This document shows positions 20,701 through 29,626 of a stretch of 54,141 bases of DNA, piece after piece (within the stretch, counting starts at the first letter, position 1; each line of letters opens with the position of its first letter). Position numbers and translations under genes: made by a program. The notes under the pieces are model-generated. The model was not told the origin of the DNA, made no database searches, and saw nothing but the letters and a program-made list of their open reading frames with translations. Source of the DNA: Candidatus Poseidoniaceae archaeon. Lineage in GTDB: Archaea; Thermoplasmatota; Poseidoniia; Poseidoniales; Poseidoniaceae. The DNA is taken from the NCBI GenBank assembly GCA_965662895.1, contig CBFIJH010000014.1, positions 1 through 54,141 of the forward strand. Direction: 5' to 3'.

Positions 20701-21237
20701 CAACCGGATGACTGTCGGAACGAGTTTGGAACCTCAACCATTGACCGATTTGGTTGTCCTGATAGCGACAACGACGGAATGTCCGATTTGAACGACCCCT
20801 GTGAATGGGATCCTGAAGTATCGGTAGGCATTCCAGGGCAAGTCACGTGTTCAATTACTGAAGATCCAAACAAAGCCGACGAGGGAGAAACTGTCGCCGA
20901 AGTTGAATCAAAATCATCCAACGTCTTGGTCTATGCTATGGGAGGCGTCATCACGTTCATGCTCGCAGCGATTCTTGTAGCGATGCTTGCTCGACAAGCA
21001 AGTCGCAAGCGATTGATGCGAGAACGTGCCATTGAACGCAAAGCAGAGGAACAACTCATGGATGAAGAAGAACGACGGGAACAGTGGGTGAACTATTACG
21101 TCGCAAATGGTGAATTCGACAAAGCCCGAGAATTGGGTTGGGTCGATCCTGCATCCCTTCCTGCTTGGAAACAACACGAAATTCAACAGCAAGAGGCGTT
21201 GCAAGCATCCATACCCACAATGCTTGATCTGGATTGA
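17761..21237 (+). CDS. Secreted WD40 beta-propeller + thrombospondin type-3 (Ca-binding) repeat protein with C-terminal TM
   Basis: Signal peptide; VDFSPDG/IAWSPSG WD40 blades; many DxDGDGYGDN / DAFP.DxTQW / GCPDxDGDG repeats; TM near the C-terminus and a charged tail. Confidence 0.88.
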   Translation: MRFSSRDNRGACWLLVFLMMGLVVTPLGVHAADADGDGVENTLDDCPYASGTSTVDRDGCPDRDGDGTSDFLDGWTSQNPNFVLDVNNPRSTEFNDVDFSPDGSEVATSSDDGYIRIWNASTGQNTRSVIAVSNGGTGKLSWSADGRFIGVTSQAADEFDIYYASNLTSVHGPLSSDVGGGDYTYDIDISPDGTKAAVAIGRSNNGGTNGVVRVVDVINGTVMQNLNPGSENRFHSVDFSPSGSHIAIGTTGDYYVVDATSWSTIRSESGPAGTVNSIAWSPSGEHIAVCEGYVNSQGGSRIRVYEADVWSNTWTKSGSTSCYSTDFSPDGNQVVFGMGWYAGDGATAKIYEISSGNLIDTFSQSRPGGCSSTQNNQCGQNNGVSWSPDGVYIAQAFGRNNEGFYIWKSDLDPDNDGWNTTDQGDGKVDEFPDDGTQWEDSDSDGYGDNPAPALNPDACPLVFGNSTMDQFGCPDADGDGYSDANDWAPGNKEQWVDADSDGFGDNYLYDVASNQLHINQRGDAFPTDSTQWNDTDGDGFGDNYEDASWDEYRSPDWPGEIVAGAQNIDVFPLDRTQWRDTDGDWVGDEQMSDRADGCPTVWGNSTYDRLGCLDTDGDGYSDPDANWPAKTDCYGADAFPTDPTQWCDEDNDGFGSNPDGNNADDCPSKAGPSTEDQYGCPDRDGDGYSNTGDPFPDDGTQWEDSDGDNYGDNPDGNNPDFFPNDASQWRDSDGDGYGDNPGGNNGDRFPNDPTQWSDADNDGYGDNFVDADGDGVSEGNSDVCPQTYGESNSAASRGCPDSDGDGYTDPEDAFPDQPLQWADQDGDGFGDNVQFTDGDECVDVYGKSTENGVQGCPDSDGDGHADPFGEFVAEPDCSGADAFPDDSLQWCDKDGDGIGDNYQVSNKTVIDEENPGLMIELCEHIGDAFPNDVTQWSDIDCDGRGDNATGIAPDAFPLRKTQQDDNDGDGYGNNFTNGAYQPDDCRNEFGTSTIDRFGCPDSDNDGMSDLNDPCEWDPEVSVGIPGQVTCSITEDPNKADEGETVAEVESKSSNVLVYAMGGVITFMLAAILVAMLARQASRKRLMRERAIERKAEEQLMDEEERREQWVNYYVANGEFDKARELGWVDPASLPAWKQHEIQQQEALQASIPTMLDLD

Positions 21238-21263
21238 GTTACGCATGGTTTGTACCGTTGCCC

Positions 21264-21269
21264 TTTAAG
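21264..21269 (+). promoter_or_regulatory. TATA-like box TTTAAG for the membrane-anchored regulator
   Basis: Ends 23 nt before ATG 21292, consistent with a leaderless archaeal transcript. Confidence 0.6.
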
Positions 21270-21291
21270 TCAATGAGGGCTATCAACAAAC

Positions 21292-23874
21292 ATGGGAGAG
21301 GTGCGTACGCGTCGTCTTGTTGCATCAGGACTGGTGATGCTCCTCGTCCTGCTTGTCCCAGTTAGTGCTGAAGAAAGCAGCAATCTCCGCCTTGATCTTG
21401 AAATCGTTGATGAGAATTCAAAGCCTTGGTACGGTACTGGCGATACGGTTGTGCTCGCATCATCCATCATCAACGATGGTGAGGCAACCTCCGTTAACGA
21501 AGACCCATCTTGCGGAACGGTCATGAGCATAACGAACGAAATGGGAGAAACAATCGTTGATGGGACGCAAACCTGTCGTGGCCAGAATCGGGGTCTCGAC
21601 GTCCCTTCTGGCGCTACATCACTCGACACGCTCACGTGGGCTCTTGACGACCAGAATGGAGCACCAGTCTCCCCAGGAGTCTACCTCCTTACGGTTGAGT
21701 TATCTGGTTCAGGTCTTTCCTCAAGCGTTGAAATTATGGTTCAACAGGAAGCGAACCTTCCAGATGCGTTGGTCTATTCGACCTCGCTGTCTCATCGTGG
21801 TGAGGCTCTTGAAGCCGGTCAGCCTTTCGTTATCACTTACGAGGTCTACAATCCATCCGCTGAAGTGATTGATTTGTCGACGTTTTCATCATGCAATGTT
21901 TTGATTGAATTCGATGTACCCGCCCTCGGTCCGACCTGTACTGCGGGTTTTGATTTGATTGAACCTTACGCGTTCATCTCGCTTGGACATACCATGTTCC
22001 AAGCACAAGTCGGCCTCTCAACGCTCTCGATTCAAACCCCAGATGGTGAATTGATTGACACGTACGAATTCAACACCGTCGATGACGAAATTCAACAAGG
22101 TGTGCTTGAACCATCGATTGACCTACCGTCGGTGCAATACAGCGAGGGATTGTTCCTTGATGGGACAATTACCTTGAACAATCCATCGGATGAATCTGAA
22201 CTTCTTCGCTTTACCAACACGTGTCGTGCCAATTATTGGGTTGCGGATGCCTCAGGCAACGTGGTCTTCGATTCGCTTGAAGATTCCATGTGTAGGGACG
22301 TGGTTCTCGATGTGATTGTTGGAGCCGATTCACAAACGACGTTTCCACTTGACACTTGGGCGTTCATCGATGAACTCGGGTGTTCAATAATGACAGGGGA
22401 CTATGTCCTTGTTGCGGAAGTGAACGAGTTCGGTTATGCCGCCTCCAAGGATATTTCTTACAACCGAATTTCTCCCTCGGGTTGCGGATTTGACAAAGAA
22501 ATCGATGTCTCCTTAATCATCGAAGAAAAGCAAAACAGCGATGTTGCCTTTGGCGTTCAACTCACTGGTATCGAAGATTCAACAGAGATTCAATGGATTG
22601 ACAAATGCAAAGTATCGTTCGAAATTTGGGATCTTGACCTCGCTGAATCCGTTGCAATAGGACAAGATCTTTGCGTGAGTACTGATTTTGAAAACCAAGC
22701 TGTACGTTTGAATTCAGATGCATCAATCACGTACCAACTCCAAGATTTCAATGAATACGCCTTTTCAGAGAGCAATTACCTTGTCTATGTTGAGTTGTGG
22801 ACAGATCGGACCCTCACAGCTTCAATCGATTTCAGTTGGCCATTAAAGGAACAAGTCAGTCCCGAGTCCAACTCAAATTCACAGGAGAGTCTCATCGGAG
22901 ATCAGACGCTCCTTCTTTCTGGGATTTGGAGTGGGTTCCTAACGCCCGATGGAACCTGCTGGATGATTGAAGATGAAACAGGCTCGATTTTCATGCTTTC
23001 AGATTCCACAGTGCCTGCTTGGCTACCGCAACGAGGTACGTACGGGGTCTATGAAGGAACGTTGGCAGAAGCAAATGCTCCGTGTGCTCGATTTACTGCG
23101 GAGAGTTTCGTGTTGGCCAACATCGTCGAAGAACGACTACCTGTGGTTGAGGAACCTGTGGTTGAAGAATCGGCCATCGTCGAAGAAATGCAGGAAGAGG
23201 AAGAAGTCTATCCTGAATGGGTGCCACAAGCCGTTGCAGTCCTCACCGTGAGCGCTGTTCTCTCCATGCTTGGCTTTGCAGCATTCAACAATGAAGCGAT
23301 TCGAATTACAACCACACTTGCAGGTCTTTGGTTGCTTGGCCTGGTTGGAAAAACCTCTGAGACGAACGACGGCCGTTTCCAGCGTGGACGATTGTTGGGG
23401 TACCTTACTGCAAATCCTGGTTGCCATTTCCGCGCACTTCTTTCTGCCCTCGAAATGAGCAATGGCCAACTTTCTCATCACCTCCGAGTGTTGGAACAAG
23501 AGGAGAGTATTTGGCGAAGAAAGGATGGCCGCCTTGTTCGTTACTATCCATTAACCAACACACTCCACCCATTGCTCGAAGACGATGTCCTCCCCGTTCC
23601 CATACTCGCTCCCGACCCGCTTTCGCTTCAAGGGAAGATTTTGCTTCTCCTCGATCATGACAGTCAAATGGGTGATTTCCCGACCCAAGCAGAGCTCTCA
23701 AAGCGGCTTGAAAAATCGCAACAGCTTATCTCACATCACCTCCGCACGTTGGAGAAATATGGACTCATTGAAGGGCGTCGGATGGGTATGCGTAATCGAT
23801 ACAAATTGACGAAGGAAGCCTTGTTCCTTTTGGAAACCAGTGACGCCTACTTACAGAACGAGATAAACCTCTGA
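21292..23874 (+). CDS. Membrane-anchored transcription regulator: Ig-like (BsuPI-like) ectodomains + TM + tandem wHTH (COG3398-like)
   Basis: Signal peptide; Cys-paired beta-rich domains ending W...G.Y.L; TM segment(s); RGRLLGYLTANPGCHF...GQLSHHLRVLE and PTQAELSKRL..SQQLISHHLRTLEKYGLI. Confidence 0.8.
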   Translation: MGEVRTRRLVASGLVMLLVLLVPVSAEESSNLRLDLEIVDENSKPWYGTGDTVVLASSIINDGEATSVNEDPSCGTVMSITNEMGETIVDGTQTCRGQNRGLDVPSGATSLDTLTWALDDQNGAPVSPGVYLLTVELSGSGLSSSVEIMVQQEANLPDALVYSTSLSHRGEALEAGQPFVITYEVYNPSAEVIDLSTFSSCNVLIEFDVPALGPTCTAGFDLIEPYAFISLGHTMFQAQVGLSTLSIQTPDGELIDTYEFNTVDDEIQQGVLEPSIDLPSVQYSEGLFLDGTITLNNPSDESELLRFTNTCRANYWVADASGNVVFDSLEDSMCRDVVLDVIVGADSQTTFPLDTWAFIDELGCSIMTGDYVLVAEVNEFGYAASKDISYNRISPSGCGFDKEIDVSLIIEEKQNSDVAFGVQLTGIEDSTEIQWIDKCKVSFEIWDLDLAESVAIGQDLCVSTDFENQAVRLNSDASITYQLQDFNEYAFSESNYLVYVELWTDRTLTASIDFSWPLKEQVSPESNSNSQESLIGDQTLLLSGIWSGFLTPDGTCWMIEDETGSIFMLSDSTVPAWLPQRGTYGVYEGTLAEANAPCARFTAESFVLANIVEERLPVVEEPVVEESAIVEEMQEEEEVYPEWVPQAVAVLTVSAVLSMLGFAAFNNEAIRITTTLAGLWLLGLVGKTSETNDGRFQRGRLLGYLTANPGCHFRALLSALEMSNGQLSHHLRVLEQEESIWRRKDGRLVRYYPLTNTLHPLLEDDVLPVPILAPDPLSLQGKILLLLDHDSQMGDFPTQAELSKRLEKSQQLISHHLRTLEKYGLIEGRRMGMRNRYKLTKEALFLLETSDAYLQNEINL

Positions 23875-23941
23875 ATTCAATTCGCTGAGGTGGATTGAAG
23901 AAGGAAAGCATGGAGGCCAGACTAACGTAGGATGTGTCGAC

Positions 23942-26767
23942 GTGTCGGATGAAATGAAGACAACGGATGAAGTTGCTTGGCAACAAGCATGGAAAGACGC
24001 CAACGTATTCGCGTCCGAGGATGATGCCTCAAAACCCAAGTTCTACTGTTTGGAAATGTACCCATATCCGTCCGGAAAGATGCACATGGGGCATGTTCGA
24101 AACTACTCCATTGGGGATGCAGTTGCCCGATACAAGCGAATGAAAGGATTCAACGTTCTCTATCCAATGGGATTCGATTCGTTTGGAATGCCTGCAGAGA
24201 ATGCTGCAATTGCTGAAGGTGGGCATCCTCACGATATTACCGAGAAAAACATGGCTTCGATTACTGAACAAATCAAGCGTATGGGATTTTCATATGATTG
24301 GAGTCGATTGGTGAAGAGCCATGATCCGAATTACTACAAATGGAATCAATTGTTTTTCACACGATTCTTCAAATCTGGACTCGCTTATCGCGAGTTTGCT
24401 CCCGTTAACTGGTGTGAATCCTGTTCAACCGTTCTCGCCAATGAACAAGTCAAAGCAGGACGATGCTGGCGTTGCAATGGGCCTGTTCGGCAAAAAGATA
24501 TGAGTCAATGGTTCATTGATATCACCAAGTACGCCCAACAGTTGCTTGATGGTTTGGAAACGATCGAATTTCCAGAAAGCGTCCGATTGATGCAAGAAGA
24601 CTGGCTGGGTCGGTCCGAAGGTGCAGAAATTGAATTCGGAATCGATGGAAGTGATGAAACCATACGCGTTTTTACGACCCGCCCAGACACACTGTTTGGT
24701 GTCACATTCGTGACCCTTGCACCCGAGCACCCGCTTGCGGAACAATTGGTCAAAGGAACGGAATATGAGGCTGGCTGGAAAGCCATGCACGATGTATATG
24801 CCAACATGAGTGAGTTCGATCGCATCAAGAACCTCAACAAGAAGGAAGGTGTTTCGCTCGGCCGACATGCAATCCATCCGCTCACAGGTGAAAAGATTCC
24901 AATTTGGGCGGGAAATTTTGTTCTTGCAACCTACGGAACAGGTGCAGTCATGGCTGTCCCTGGACACGATGAGCGTGATTTCGACTTCGCCCGAACCTAC
25001 GATTTACCTGTGAAGCAAGTGTTGGTTGAAAACCAAGGTGGAATCGCTGATGATGAACTTGAATCTGCGTTCACTGAAGATGGCTACATGATCAACTCAG
25101 GATTGGATGGGTTTGATGGTAAATACGGTGACGAGGCTCGATCCGCTGTCACCGATGCACTCGAGGTTGCTGGAAAAGGCGATCGAAGAGTCAATTGGAA
25201 AATTCGCCCTTGGCTGATCAGTCGTCAGCGATATTGGGGTACGCCGATTCCAATCATTCATTGCAAAGAGTGCGGTGCAGTACCCGTTCCTGAGGATCAA
25301 CTTCCAGTCGAACTGCCTCGAGATGTTGTGTTTGATGGGAAAGGAAATCCTCTCGAAACGTCTGAAGCTTTTCTCAACGTGAGTTGTCCAACATGTGGAA
25401 ACGATGCACGTCGAGAAACCGATACAATGGATACCTTCGTTGACTCCTCCTGGTATTTCCTACGGTATACGGATGCGAACAATCGTGAACAATGGTACGA
25501 TTCAGACATCGCTGACTATTGGATGAATGTCGATTTCTATTGCGGAGGAATTGAGCATGCGCAGATGCATCTCATCTACGCTCGATTCTACACCAAAGCG
25601 CTTCGTGATCTCGGTTTCCATAGCATTGACGAGCCATTCAATGAGCTTCTTTGTCAAGGCATGGTCAACAAAAGTGCACCGTTTTGTGAAACGTGCGGTG
25701 TGACGCTCTCTGTCGATCATGCTGGCTCTCCTTGCCCCCACTGCGATTCTCCATTAGGCGAACGCTCGGCAAAAATGAGCAAATCCCTTGGAAACACAGT
25801 ATCTCCTGAACGGATGATTGAACAATTTGGAGCTGATACCGTTCGATTGTTCATTCTCTTCGCTGCAAATCCAACAGCTGGAATGGATTGGTCCGATTCC
25901 GCTGTTGAAGCCAACCATCGAGTTCTACAACAATTGCAAACGATGCCGGATCAATTGCTTGGATGGGAAAAACCTGCACAGCCAATCGATTCATGGATGC
26001 TCGCTCGATTGCGACAACGCGTTCAGCAGTGGTCGAATGCCATGGATCATTATGACTTGCGTCGAGCTGTCGAATGCTCCCATTATGACATGGTGAAAGA
26101 CATCAACTGGTACGTTCGCCGTGGTGGAGGCAACCCAGAAGTTGGGCGAGAACTCCTCGACGCCTGGACGCACATGATTGCAATTGCAACACCGCATCTC
26201 GCTGAAGACTGGTGGGCACAATTGGGTGGAAAAGGTCTGCTTGCAGCACACGTTATGGATGATGTTGAAGCCTTAACTGAGACCGACCAAGCTCTCCTCG
26301 ATGGTGAAGCACTGATTCGCGACCTCCTCGAACAAGCACGGAAAGTACGCACCGTTGCTGAGCGACACATCGAAGGTGAAGCATCAGCGTTGACCATCGT
26401 AACCTCTGCTGAATGGCGAAATCAAATCGCAGAAATGGCATTAGCCCATCTTGCGAAAGGTGACAACATCAAATCGTTCATGGGAATCCTGACGCAATCC
26501 GACCTCGCTCAAGGTGAAACTCGAGGCGAGCGGCTTGGCTTTTGGAACAAAAGAATGCTTCCTCAAGTGTTTAAATGGGATGATGAAAAGAAACGAATTC
26601 TCCTTTCTAGTCTTGATGAGACAAGCGTTTATGCAAATGCTTCAACATTCATTGCAGAAGAGCTTGGTATCGATTCGGTTCGAGTCGTTCGTGGAGAAAG
26701 CCAACAAGATGATACTGAAAAAGCAGGCATAGCCATGCCTCTATCACCAGCATTCATCTATGCTTGA
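23942..26767 (+). CDS. leuS: Leucyl-tRNA synthetase
   Basis: MYPYPSGKMHMGH (HIGH), GFDSFGMPAENAA, FTTRPDT and GTGAVMAVPGHDERD (editing domain), WLISRQRYWG, GGIEHA and KMSKS. Confidence 0.97.
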   Translation: MSDEMKTTDEVAWQQAWKDANVFASEDDASKPKFYCLEMYPYPSGKMHMGHVRNYSIGDAVARYKRMKGFNVLYPMGFDSFGMPAENAAIAEGGHPHDITEKNMASITEQIKRMGFSYDWSRLVKSHDPNYYKWNQLFFTRFFKSGLAYREFAPVNWCESCSTVLANEQVKAGRCWRCNGPVRQKDMSQWFIDITKYAQQLLDGLETIEFPESVRLMQEDWLGRSEGAEIEFGIDGSDETIRVFTTRPDTLFGVTFVTLAPEHPLAEQLVKGTEYEAGWKAMHDVYANMSEFDRIKNLNKKEGVSLGRHAIHPLTGEKIPIWAGNFVLATYGTGAVMAVPGHDERDFDFARTYDLPVKQVLVENQGGIADDELESAFTEDGYMINSGLDGFDGKYGDEARSAVTDALEVAGKGDRRVNWKIRPWLISRQRYWGTPIPIIHCKECGAVPVPEDQLPVELPRDVVFDGKGNPLETSEAFLNVSCPTCGNDARRETDTMDTFVDSSWYFLRYTDANNREQWYDSDIADYWMNVDFYCGGIEHAQMHLIYARFYTKALRDLGFHSIDEPFNELLCQGMVNKSAPFCETCGVTLSVDHAGSPCPHCDSPLGERSAKMSKSLGNTVSPERMIEQFGADTVRLFILFAANPTAGMDWSDSAVEANHRVLQQLQTMPDQLLGWEKPAQPIDSWMLARLRQRVQQWSNAMDHYDLRRAVECSHYDMVKDINWYVRRGGGNPEVGRELLDAWTHMIAIATPHLAEDWWAQLGGKGLLAAHVMDDVEALTETDQALLDGEALIRDLLEQARKVRTVAERHIEGEASALTIVTSAEWRNQIAEMALAHLAKGDNIKSFMGILTQSDLAQGETRGERLGFWNKRMLPQVFKWDDEKKRILLSSLDETSVYANASTFIAEELGIDSVRVVRGESQQDDTEKAGIAMPLSPAFIYA

Positions 26768-29526
26768 GGCGCTTCGGATTCCTGTGTTGGTGATTCATCC
26801 GTATTTGCCTGTTCAACTACTTGCTCAGTGTTTGAGGAATCCACTGGTCCTTCACTACCAACAGACGGCGATTGCGCTTCGAGGGTTGGAACTGCTTTCT
26901 CATTGGATGCTGTCGTAGGTGCTCGAACTGGTTTGAACGTCATATAGGCCGCAACGCCAGCAAGTGCCAAAGCGAGGAGAATGAGAAATTGATTGATTCC
27001 AAAGGATGATTCTGTACCCTCACTTTTCGTATCGTTTTCAATCAGAACGCATCCATCTTCGTCAACATTCTCCCCGATGGTTGTTGCTGGACATAGATCG
27101 TCCGAATTCAACACACCATCCGCATCGGTATCGGCCTGTTGAGAAGAACATCCCGCACCATCGACAAGAACGGTATCCAAAGGCGTCCGAGGACAAACAT
27201 CATCTTCATTGAGAACACCATCTGCGTCATCATCAACATCTTCCTCACCATCGACACAGCCATCTGCATCGAAATCTTGTGATGGAAGAACCGGTCCGAC
27301 CAATCCTCTTGGGCAAAGATCGAGAGCGTCACCGAAGCCATCGTCATCGTCATCGTCGTCCTCTTCTTCATCATGGCAACCATCTTGGTCGTGATCGAGC
27401 GAAATATTCGATGCGTCCCAATATCGATATCCTTTGGGGCAAGAATCGATTTGTTCTCCAGCAATATTGTCGATTTTCATATCAGAGTCATCGTCTTGAT
27501 CGCTGGTATCGTCGTGACAACCGTCCCGATCCCAATCGTTCACTTCTGTTGAAAACCATAGTGCTAGGTCCCGTGGACACCCATCATCGATGTTTGCAAT
27601 GCCATCACCATCTTCATCAGAATCACAAACATCACCAAGCAGGTCACCGTCAAGGTCTTCTTGCCCTGCATTCTTGATGTTCGGACAGTTGTCTTGTTGG
27701 TCAACATAACCATCCTCATCCGTATCGAAATCGGAACATCCGTCGCCCTCAACATCGGTTTCTTCCGTCGAAATCCATCCAAGTGACCCTTTTGGGCACA
27801 AGTCAAGATGATCGAAGACGGTATCGTCATCATCATCAAAATCCTCATCGTAATCTCTGCATCCATCGCTGTCAAAATCTGTTTGAGACGTACTTGTCCA
27901 ACCTAAAACTCCGATTGGACAAACATCAAGATCGTCAGCAATGCCATCATTGTCGTCATCATCATCACAAACATCGCCGAACATATCAGAATCGAGGTTC
28001 TCTTGCCCGACGTTGGATACACGCGGGCAATTGTCGATACCATCGAGGATTCCATCGTAATCAAGATCGGTCTCATAATTCCATACACCTCCGTCTAGAC
28101 CACCATACTCGGTGATTGAATGATTGCCAAACATTCCAGGCCCTTCGAACGAAAACACGACGATTGATGCGCCCGAAGAAGTTGGTGCCAAGTGGTTGAC
28201 CTGATCCCTCCCTTCGCTTCCAGCTCCTACTGCCCATAACCACGATTCAGTCGAATCGAACTCTGCGAGGAAAACATCCGACCCGAGGAATGTCGTATCT
28301 TCATCGTAATCCGCAAGGACAAATTCACCAAGCGTCATTTGATTGGTCATTGTTCCAGCAAAAACTATGGAACCTGATGCAGTTTGATAGGCCGAATGGA
28401 ATGCCTCATAACCGACACCTTGCTCAACATCGAGTGATTCCCATCCTCCATCAGAACCTACATTTGCTCGAAATGCATCCCATCCAGATGTCGATTCACT
28501 GTAAAGTGAACCAAATGTCGCATTCCCTTGAATGGAACCAAACACCTGAACGCCTCCAGCTGTGTTGGAAACACAGCCGTGAGCAAAGTCATCCGACTCC
28601 CCGCCGGAATGCTCAGCCCACTGCCAACCAGACTGGTTATAATTTATCACAAGCATATCAAAACCGCCACGTGAGGTAAACGAACCGACGAGTGGAACCA
28701 ATACTGAATCAATAAATGTGATAGCGAGAAAAGTTTCACCTTGACTGCTATCGCACAGGCCTCCTGTGGGAATGATTTCACCCCCAGAGGATACGATGAA
28801 ACTGTTCAGGTAATAGCCAGTTTCACTAAAAATTGTCATAGTTAGGCTCGGCCCTGCCCCACTGGAAATAGGCTCAGATTGATTGATCTCAAGGTTCCCT
28901 TCAAAAATAAAGCCAAGATGTATCTTATCCATCTCATCAACATGAATATCGACAAACTGGGTCACATACTGGTTCCCAATTGAAATCGCCCAAACCCATC
29001 CTGTCTGGAAATTGTACCGAGCAAGAAATATGTTACCTTCATCCCAGTTTGATTCTTTTTCCAATGCAGGCAGTGATTCAAGTGGTAAATCGCACTGCTG
29101 ACCAACTGTATCCATACAGTACGTACCTGCGACAACGAGATCACCATCGCTCAGCAAAGCAAGACCGTTGACGGAATCTTGACCAATACTTCCGAGAGCA
29201 AGACTCCAATTCCACTCATTTGTTTCGTTCGATAAGGCTAGAAATCCATCAGCGTCGTTCGACTCAAAACCCACATTTTCATGCAAATCATCCCCTATTA
29301 CAATCGGTGGTTGGAAACTGCCTGCGACAATGTTGGAGTTATTCGCCAATGAAACAACAGAATGGATCGTATCCTGACCCGATGTTCCAAGACTTTCCAC
29401 CCATCCGAGTGCTTCCGAATCATTCGAGGAGGTCATGTCCATTGATTCGAGGGACAGTACGTGCATTTGCGTCATTGGTGTCACTGCTAAAATGAGCGCA
29501 AGAGTGACAACAAGACTGCGAATCAT
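26758..29526 (-). CDS. Secreted beta-propeller + thrombospondin type-3 repeat protein with C-terminal TM
   Basis: Signal peptide; repeated W.WA...G..G.D blades; DNCP..N..Q.D.D.D..GDVCD and DGC.D..D.DDD.D repeats; TM FLILLALALAGVAAYM; acidic tail. Confidence 0.85.
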   Translation of the reverse strand: MIRSLVVTLALILAVTPMTQMHVLSLESMDMTSSNDSEALGWVESLGTSGQDTIHSVVSLANNSNIVAGSFQPPIVIGDDLHENVGFESNDADGFLALSNETNEWNWSLALGSIGQDSVNGLALLSDGDLVVAGTYCMDTVGQQCDLPLESLPALEKESNWDEGNIFLARYNFQTGWVWAISIGNQYVTQFVDIHVDEMDKIHLGFIFEGNLEINQSEPISSGAGPSLTMTIFSETGYYLNSFIVSSGGEIIPTGGLCDSSQGETFLAITFIDSVLVPLVGSFTSRGGFDMLVINYNQSGWQWAEHSGGESDDFAHGCVSNTAGGVQVFGSIQGNATFGSLYSESTSGWDAFRANVGSDGGWESLDVEQGVGYEAFHSAYQTASGSIVFAGTMTNQMTLGEFVLADYDEDTTFLGSDVFLAEFDSTESWLWAVGAGSEGRDQVNHLAPTSSGASIVVFSFEGPGMFGNHSITEYGGLDGGVWNYETDLDYDGILDGIDNCPRVSNVGQENLDSDMFGDVCDDDDDNDGIADDLDVCPIGVLGWTSTSQTDFDSDGCRDYDEDFDDDDDTVFDHLDLCPKGSLGWISTEETDVEGDGCSDFDTDEDGYVDQQDNCPNIKNAGQEDLDGDLLGDVCDSDEDGDGIANIDDGCPRDLALWFSTEVNDWDRDGCHDDTSDQDDDSDMKIDNIAGEQIDSCPKGYRYWDASNISLDHDQDGCHDEEEDDDDDDDGFGDALDLCPRGLVGPVLPSQDFDADGCVDGEEDVDDDADGVLNEDDVCPRTPLDTVLVDGAGCSSQQADTDADGVLNSDDLCPATTIGENVDEDGCVLIENDTKSEGTESSFGINQFLILLALALAGVAAYMTFKPVRAPTTASNEKAVPTLEAQSPSVGSEGPVDSSNTEQVVEQANTDESPTQESEAPQA

Positions 29527-29626
29527 AATTCACACAAGCACAACCTCTTCTTCAAAGTGTTGTGTTCCTGAACAATCAACGAAATGTGACGATTGGTTCA
29601 AAGACGGTCGATTGTAAGAACCAATC

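Noticed and set aside
18990-20800. Repetitive GAC/GAT/GGC DNA resembling a CRISPR or DNA repeat array
   Set aside because: Explained by protein-level TSP3 repeats; there are no identical repeat-spacer units and no cas genes.
28620-29040. Slightly AT-richer patch inside the second TSP3 gene (possible recombined segment)
   Set aside because: Three spot-counted 60-nt lines gave about 38-47% GC, too few and too variable to call without a sliding-window analysis.
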